From: Dehalococcoidia bacterium
GTDB taxonomy: Bacteria; Chloroflexota; Dehalococcoidia; Lucifugimonadales; UBA3495
Assembly: GCA_003523055.1 (NCBI GenBank)
Contig: DPHC01000014.1
Location: forward strand, 60,312 to 124,311
Length of the DNA stretch: 64,000 bases
Direction of reading: 5' to 3'
Part shown: positions 58,946-64,000 of the stretch, piece after piece
How positions within the stretch are numbered: the first letter of the stretch is position 1
How the letters are laid out: the number at the start of each line of letters is the position of its first letter
The notes under the pieces: generated by a model
The model's database searches: none
Told to the model about the DNA's origin: nothing
The model's input: only the letters and a program-made list of their open reading frames with translations
Position numbers and translations under genes: made by a program

Positions 58946-59485
58946 TTACGGAGTTGTTGGAGGATATGGCGGTTCAATGGCTAATTTATTTATCACAAAT
59001 GCCCATTCTTGGGCTACTGTGAAGATGCTCTCTTCATTTACAAGTTTTATGTATTGGAATGTACCATCAGGTGTAGTAGTTCCCATGCTGAATTCAAATG
59101 TATAGCCTCCACGTTCTGTTACACGAACAACAGATTCTGGTGGATCTAGTCCATATGAAGAAAGGGGTTCTTTTGCTTTAGGAAGTTCACGTTCTACTGC
59201 AGGGCCTCCTAATAAAAATGGAGTTCCACTCCATTTTGGTCCATGGACTTGTACAGGCGGGTCTCCCCCAATAAACCATGCGTTACCACCGGGTGCTTTA
59301 CTAAATGTTACATCAAAAGTTTTGTGAATGACTTCTATTTTTATTAAATCTGAATCGTTAACTCTGTAAAGCCATTTTCTATCTACGTGTTTTTTGTCAT
59401 CAGGTTGATTAACCCAATAATATGTGGCAGATCCTCCTACTAATGCTAATATTATTACTAATAGAATTGTTAATCTAATATTCAA
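58946..59485 (-). CDS. DUF4340-like membrane-anchored protein associated with the GldG ABC module
   Basis: 179 aa. It has an N-terminal TM anchor (LTILLVIILALVGG) and beta-rich repeats. It sits immediately downstream of the GldG-like gene, which is where DUF4340 proteins usually occur. Confidence 0.45.
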   Translation of the reverse strand: MNIRLTILLVIILALVGGSATYYWVNQPDDKKHVDRKWLYRVNDSDLIKIEVIHKTFDVTFSKAPGGNAWFIGGDPPVQVHGPKWSGTPFLLGGPAVERELPKAKEPLSSYGLDPPESVVRVTERGGYTFEFSMGTTTPDGTFQYIKLVNEESIFTVAQEWAFVINKLAIEPPYPPTTP

Positions 59486-59488
59486 TGC

Positions 59489-61309
59489 TTACCTTCTGAC
59501 CCACCATGTACTAATAGCTGCTAATCCAAGCAAGCCAGGTATTATGAACCATGATGAAAATCTGACAAAGTCATGTTCGTTTTTGTCTAAATTGAACTCC
59601 CGATATTCAAATGATCGATCTCGAATGGATATTAGAGAGTAGTCTCCTAAGACATAATTGACTGTGTTAAGCAGTAGATTAGCACCACCCCCACGCTCCA
59701 AGAAAGTGTTAGATGCAAAATCCGAGTCTCCAAATATAACCATGTTTGTCAGTTGGTTGGGGTCAGGTGCTTCAGTTAACGCAGGGCCTCCTACTGGGCC
59801 AACTGCTAGCATGTATGCAGAGGAAAAAAACGGCCCTATTGGATCGGAGTTTTCTTCTCCAGGAAGGATAGGTTCAGTTCTGGTAGTGTCTCCTATTAAG
59901 AAACTAGCGTATGACGACATCGTCAACGGTACGGGCCACCTAAGTTGATCTTGAATCGGTATGATACTCGCTGCACCTGGCATAAATGTAAGGCCTAATT
60001 GAGATTGGTCAGTGCTGGTTATACTTCTTAAGGCGTTGATCATTATTGTGGCTTGTTGTGGGTCTAATAGTTCAAATTCTTCTTGGCCTATATCATTCAG
60101 ATTCAAAGGTATGGCTCTAAGTGTCTTTGGATTATCAGTCACACTTTGCTCCATATCTAAAATATATCCGGGTTGTATCAACATTCCCCAGGTAGCAAGT
60201 AAAGATCTAAACGAATCAGGTGAATCAGGATCTGCAAAAAATATCAATGTACTTGATTCCCTTCTATCTGAATCATCAGAATTTTTCCCTAACAAATATT
60301 TATGTAAGACTTCAGCATGGGAGTCTGGTAGATCTAATGTTGGGCCTGCAATAACTAACAAGGCTGCATCGTCCGGCACTGATACATCAACGTTAGATAG
60401 ATCCCACGTTAAAGGTAGAGTTTCATAATTGTCTTGGTTCAATTTCTCTGTGAGCTTTGAATACCCTTTAGGTGACATTGATAGGATGGATTTTTCACCA
60501 TGCCCTTCTAAGAAGTAAATTTTCTTTTGTCCCTTGCTAGTAGCTATTAGTATACTAGTATATAGATCTTGCTCCAGTTTACTGTATGCATTATCTGTGG
60601 GTATAACAATAGATTTGAGGTTAATATCATCCGCAGTGACAACTATCGACTCATAAGCGTTGACTCCGTAAGACCTTGCTAAGTCTGGTTCTAGATCCGG
60701 ATCACGGATTTCAAAATTGAATTTAGTCGTTCTTTTTTCAAACTCGCTTAACATATCTGTCACTTTTGTAAATCTGGTTAAAGCATCTACATTTTCGCTA
60801 ATGTCTGAAGGATAAAACGCGATAGCTTGCACGGGTTGCTCTAGATTTTTCAGCAATTCAGTGGTGCTATTGGATAAGCTGAATTGGTTGTTGGCTGTTA
60901 AGTCGAAACGTTTATTATTGTCTAAAGACACGAGATTGATTATTACAACTATAACTACAAATACACTTATCATGATTAAAGTATTAGCGCCGTACTTGCC
61001 GCTTCTACTCAGGAATCCGGCTGTTACTTTACTGATGAAAATAAATCCCATGCTGACCAGGAGAATGAGCCCCATAGCAATTAAGATTAGAGCATACGGT
61101 AAAAGGCTTTTTATGAACATAAGTATTATTAAACCCAATATAGTTGATAATATTGCTCCGATTAAAATAGGGGTGGCGTAAGTTGATACTGTTCCAACTA
61201 TTGAACTTAATAATCCAGTATTTAGTGGTTGTACTTTAGCTTCCTGAGACACTCTTTCACTTCTGCTTAGGCGCCTCCAGTCACGGTTTCTGTTATTAGG
61301 GGTTTGCAC
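59489..61309 (-). CDS. GldG-family ABC-transporter auxiliary protein (ABC-type uncharacterized transport system)
   Basis: 606 aa. It has N- and C-terminal TM anchors flanking a large extracytoplasmic domain (IYFLEGHGE, VIFGDSDFASN). It is operonic with the ABC-2 permease and ATPase. Confidence 0.68.
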   Translation of the reverse strand: MQTPNNRNRDWRRLSRSERVSQEAKVQPLNTGLLSSIVGTVSTYATPILIGAILSTILGLIILMFIKSLLPYALILIAMGLILLVSMGFIFISKVTAGFLSRSGKYGANTLIMISVFVVIVVIINLVSLDNNKRFDLTANNQFSLSNSTTELLKNLEQPVQAIAFYPSDISENVDALTRFTKVTDMLSEFEKRTTKFNFEIRDPDLEPDLARSYGVNAYESIVVTADDINLKSIVIPTDNAYSKLEQDLYTSILIATSKGQKKIYFLEGHGEKSILSMSPKGYSKLTEKLNQDNYETLPLTWDLSNVDVSVPDDAALLVIAGPTLDLPDSHAEVLHKYLLGKNSDDSDRRESSTLIFFADPDSPDSFRSLLATWGMLIQPGYILDMEQSVTDNPKTLRAIPLNLNDIGQEEFELLDPQQATIMINALRSITSTDQSQLGLTFMPGAASIIPIQDQLRWPVPLTMSSYASFLIGDTTRTEPILPGEENSDPIGPFFSSAYMLAVGPVGGPALTEAPDPNQLTNMVIFGDSDFASNTFLERGGGANLLLNTVNYVLGDYSLISIRDRSFEYREFNLDKNEHDFVRFSSWFIIPGLLGLAAISTWWVRR

Positions 61310-61310
61310 G

Positions 61311-62054
61311 CTACCTCCAGCGACGAGATTCTAGGATTCTTATTGATAAAAAGACGAATAAAATCGTTATACTTAGGAAATAGACCACGTCATGTGAATC
61401 TATTATTCCCTTATGAAAGTCATCAAAATGGCTTTTAATACCTAGTTCTTGTATTAATGTTGCCCAAAACCCTGTCACCATTGTTGAAGCGTAATCTGCG
61501 AAATATAAAATTAACAAAGTTCCCATTGCTACTACAGCGGCAACGATTTGGTTGCTTGTTAATGTTGACGTTAATAGACCAATAGAAAGAGTTAGAGTGC
61601 CATATAAGATTATCCCGAGATAACCCGAGTAAATAGGGCCGGGGTCGGGATCTCCGAAAATAAACAGTAAAATTGGATAATAAGCTGTCATGGCTATCAT
61701 AAACATTAAGAATATGAAGCTTGCGATGAATTTACCCAAGATAATCTCCCAATCTCTTACAGGAGAGGTAAGCAGTAACTCTATAGTTCCCAGTTTTTGC
61801 TCTTCTGATATTAACCTCATTGTTAATATAGGCGATATTAATATTAGAATTAGTGTTATGCCGCCAAATGTGGAAGCTCCGAAATCAATGCCTACAAAAA
61901 ACTTTGTTAATGAAGCCTCTGGGAATGGGCTACCCATATCTATTGTGAAAAACACTCCAGTTCCGAGTAGAAATATCATACCTACTATGTAACCGGTAGG
62001 GCTTGTGAAGAAGAATTGGATTTCTTTTAAAATGATTGCTCGTAATCCACGCAT
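61311..62054 (-). CDS. ABC-2 type transporter permease (GldF-like)
   Basis: 247 aa with 6 predicted TM helices and the ISEEQKLGTIELLLTSPV motif typical of ABC-2/GldF permeases. Confidence 0.75.
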   Translation of the reverse strand: MRGLRAIILKEIQFFFTSPTGYIVGMIFLLGTGVFFTIDMGSPFPEASLTKFFVGIDFGASTFGGITLILILISPILTMRLISEEQKLGTIELLLTSPVRDWEIILGKFIASFIFLMFMIAMTAYYPILLFIFGDPDPGPIYSGYLGIILYGTLTLSIGLLTSTLTSNQIVAAVVAMGTLLILYFADYASTMVTGFWATLIQELGIKSHFDDFHKGIIDSHDVVYFLSITILFVFLSIRILESRRWR

Positions 62055-63032
62055 TTAAAGTTCCTCTGATGTGGTTAGTTTTAAGAAGATATCTTCTAGG
62101 CTCATTGACGTCATTTGCATACTAAGGAGGCTACAATCATTTTCTATTATTATTCTGGAAATGTTGTCTCGGATGTCTAAATCGTTTTCTGTAGTTATTT
62201 CAAATGAAGTTTTTTCTCTGTCATTGGTCCGTTTAATATTTGTCACTCCTGGGATTTGTTCTAATAAAGGTTGAATTTTTACTCTGGTTTTAGATATTTC
62301 TAGAGAAATATGTTGAGTTGACTGCAATGTTTCAGCTAAGTTAGTAGGAGTATCTTCTGCTACAATTTTACCTTGGTTAATTATTAAAACTCTCCCACAT
62401 ACCATACTGACCTCAGGAAGAATATGACTACTCAAAACAACAGTCTGTTGCCTGCCAATATCTTGAATTAATCTACGGGTTTCAACGACTTGGATAGGAT
62501 CTATCCCTATGGTTGGTTCATCCAACACTAATATTTCTGGTTCATGGAGTATAGCCTGAGCGATTCCTACTCGTTGTCTGTATCCTTTAGAGAGTTTCCC
62601 AATAATAGTGTTGTAATAATCTTCTAACCGGCACGTCTCGATCACATCAGGTAGTTTGGTATTAATTTGCTTGGATCCTAAGCCTCGCAAAGATGCCATG
62701 AACTTAAGGTAGCTTTTCACAGTCATATCTGTATGTAAAGGAACAGTTTCCGGTAGGTATCCAATTTTTCGTCGGCATTCAAGAGATTGCCCTACAATAT
62801 CCATACCGTCAATTGTAACTTTGCCACGAGTTGGGGGCATGTAACCTGTCAAAATGCGCATAGTAGTAGTTTTACCGGCTCCATTTGGGCCTAAAAATCC
62901 TAAAATTTCGCCTCTTTGAACTTTAAAATCTACATTATCTATAGCTGGTTGCGGCCCATAATAATGAGTTAGGCTGCTTGCTTCTATAATAAAATCTTCG
63001 TTATGTTCGGTCATTTCCCTGCCTGAGTACAA
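62055..63032 (-). CDS. ABC transporter ATP-binding protein (GldA-like)
   Basis: 325 aa with Walker A GPNGAGKTT, the signature LSKGYRQRV, Walker B LVLDEPTIGID and a C-terminal accessory domain. Confidence 0.88.
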   Translation of the reverse strand: MYSGREMTEHNEDFIIEASSLTHYYGPQPAIDNVDFKVQRGEILGFLGPNGAGKTTTMRILTGYMPPTRGKVTIDGMDIVGQSLECRRKIGYLPETVPLHTDMTVKSYLKFMASLRGLGSKQINTKLPDVIETCRLEDYYNTIIGKLSKGYRQRVGIAQAILHEPEILVLDEPTIGIDPIQVVETRRLIQDIGRQQTVVLSSHILPEVSMVCGRVLIINQGKIVAEDTPTNLAETLQSTQHISLEISKTRVKIQPLLEQIPGVTNIKRTNDREKTSFEITTENDLDIRDNISRIIIENDCSLLSMQMTSMSLEDIFLKLTTSEEL

Positions 63033-63104
63033 TATTTTTATTAAATTGTACTATAAGTTGACTGATGATATTCTATACAACGAGTTTTGCCAAGTGGAGA
63101 AAGA

Positions 63105-63515
63105 ATGCATCTAGCGATAGACGGCTTCGATGGAGAAGCAAAAAAGTTATGGGATAAAGAACTTATTACACAGTTTTTGATTGAATATCCTGATGCATTG
63201 AAAATGCACAGAATTACAGAACCCAAGGTGGTGAACTACGAAGATCCCAAAGGAACTGATTCAGGAATTTCAGGATTTGTTATCATTGCTGAAAGCCATA
63301 TTAGTATTCATACTTTTCCTGATCGTAATTACGTTAATATAGACATATTTTCCTGTAAAGCCTTTGATAATGAAAAAGCACTGAATGATGCAAAAAAATT
63401 ACTTGGATTGAAAAACGTTAAAACTTGGGTATTAGATAGAGGTTTGGAATGGTTGAGCTCAGCAGAAGGTCAGCGGCAGATGGATGCACAACGAACCGAA
63501 TTGTCTCCTGACTAG
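63105..63515 (+). CDS. speH: S-adenosylmethionine decarboxylase proenzyme (small prokaryotic class)
   Basis: The self-processing motif AESHISIHTFPD is present, with YVNIDIFSC. I set the start at ATG 63105 behind a GGAGA SD; the ORF-track TTG is at 63087. Confidence 0.85.
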   Translation: MHLAIDGFDGEAKKLWDKELITQFLIEYPDALKMHRITEPKVVNYEDPKGTDSGISGFVIIAESHISIHTFPDRNYVNIDIFSCKAFDNEKALNDAKKLLGLKNVKTWVLDRGLEWLSSAEGQRQMDAQRTELSPD

Positions 63516-63533
63516 TGAATACATCGGGAAATA

Positions 63534-64000
63534 TGCTACCAGATAAATCGTCCAATATGTTTTTGGGTATGGATTATTCACATTTGGAAACAATTGTTCC
63601 AGATTGTGTAATAGTTCCAATTCCATATGACAGCACAGTTTCTTTTAACACGGGATCCAGACATTCTCCTAAAGCAATTATCCAAGCATCAATTGAATTA
63701 GAAGATTATGATTGGGAAACTGGAGTTAATTTTGCTGACTATGTTATTTGGACTACCGCACCTATTGACGCTGATATGAGGGGCCCAGAGTACATGCTGT
63801 CCAAAATAAAAACAGTTATCAATGACTTAATTTCTCAAAATTGTTTAATTGGTCTTATCGGAGGTGAACACTCTATTAGTGTTGGAGGAGCTCAAGCTTT
63901 TTCAGAAAACTTTGATGATTTTTCAGTTCTGTATCTTGATGCTCATGCTGATCTGAGAGACGAATACATGGGAACCAAATGGGGGCATGCCTCAGGAGCT
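63534..64000 (+). CDS. speB: Agmatinase / ureohydrolase family protein, 3' end runs off the window
   Basis: Not in the ORF track because it is open-ended. My translation from ATG 63534 gives MLPDKSSNMFLGMDYSHLETIVPDCVIVPIPYDSTVSFNTGSRHSPKAI...GLIGGEHSISVGG...VLYLDAHADLRDEY. These are the arginase-fold metal motifs GGEHS and DAHxD. It is adjacent to speH. Confidence 0.8.

Noticed and set aside
1-64000. CRISPR arrays, rRNA genes, transposons/IS elements, prophage or classical defence systems
   Set aside because: I saw no repeat-spacer periodicity, no rRNA-like conserved blocks, and no transposase, integrase or nuclease-helicase defence signatures in any ORF. The window looks like conserved core genome.

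Overview
The window is visibly AT-rich and very tightly packed, and it looks like bacterial core genome. Many genes have 1-4 nt gaps or overlapping stop/start codons, and several convergent gene pairs overlap. I found no rRNA, CRISPR array, transposase, integrase or recognisable defence genes.

Content in order:
- Partial AlkA-like glycosylase, amidohydrolase, proBA, mfd, a CPPC TlpA-like lipoprotein and tRNA-Pro(CGG).
- PncC-domain protein, LLM flavin oxidoreductase, MFS transporter, PAC2-like protein and tRNA-Met(CAT).
- An RNase HI-MoaC fusion with moaA, then rdgB, a family III CoA-transferase and an alpha/beta hydrolase.
- An 11-gene complex I operon (nuoABCDHIJK, small DUF2007-like ORF, nuoLMN; no nuoEFG), followed by nadK and a NUDIX gene.
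- A three-gene anchor-less succinate dehydrogenase/fumarate reductase (SdhA, SdhB, CCG-domain subunit), a class III aminotransferase, mdh and monomeric icd.
- YyaL-type thioredoxin-domain protein, thrS and prfB.
- dcd-ribD-ribE-ribBA, acyl-CoA dehydrogenase and selA.
- Hydrolase, GNAT and coaE, then a CbbQ/NorQ AAA+ - NUDIX - CbbO/NorD-like VWA trio.
- cinA, a GldA/F/G-type ABC module with DUF4340, and speH with partial speB.

Main non-obvious findings:
1. The two small same-frame ORFs at 40620..40868 and 40947..41174 are best read as one Trx-fold (TlpA/redoxin-like) selenoprotein. An in-frame TGA sits at the first position of the redox motif (U-G-T-C), and a SECIS-like hairpin follows directly. 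selA is present about 8 kb away.
2. prfB carries the classical +1 programmed frameshift (CTT TGA C), so the ORF track truncates it.
3. RNase HI is fused to MoaC.
4. A DUF2007-like mini-protein is translationally coupled inside the nuo operon.
5. A CbbQ/CbbO-type chaperone pair has no Rubisco or NOR client nearby and has a CoA-pyrophosphatase-type NUDIX gene inserted between its two genes.

Taxonomy is inference only. The gene set (PAC2, LLM oxidoreductase, GldFG ABC module, EFG-less nuo, CCG-type SDH) would fit a streamlined marine Chloroflexota-like or similar lineage. This cannot be established without a database search.
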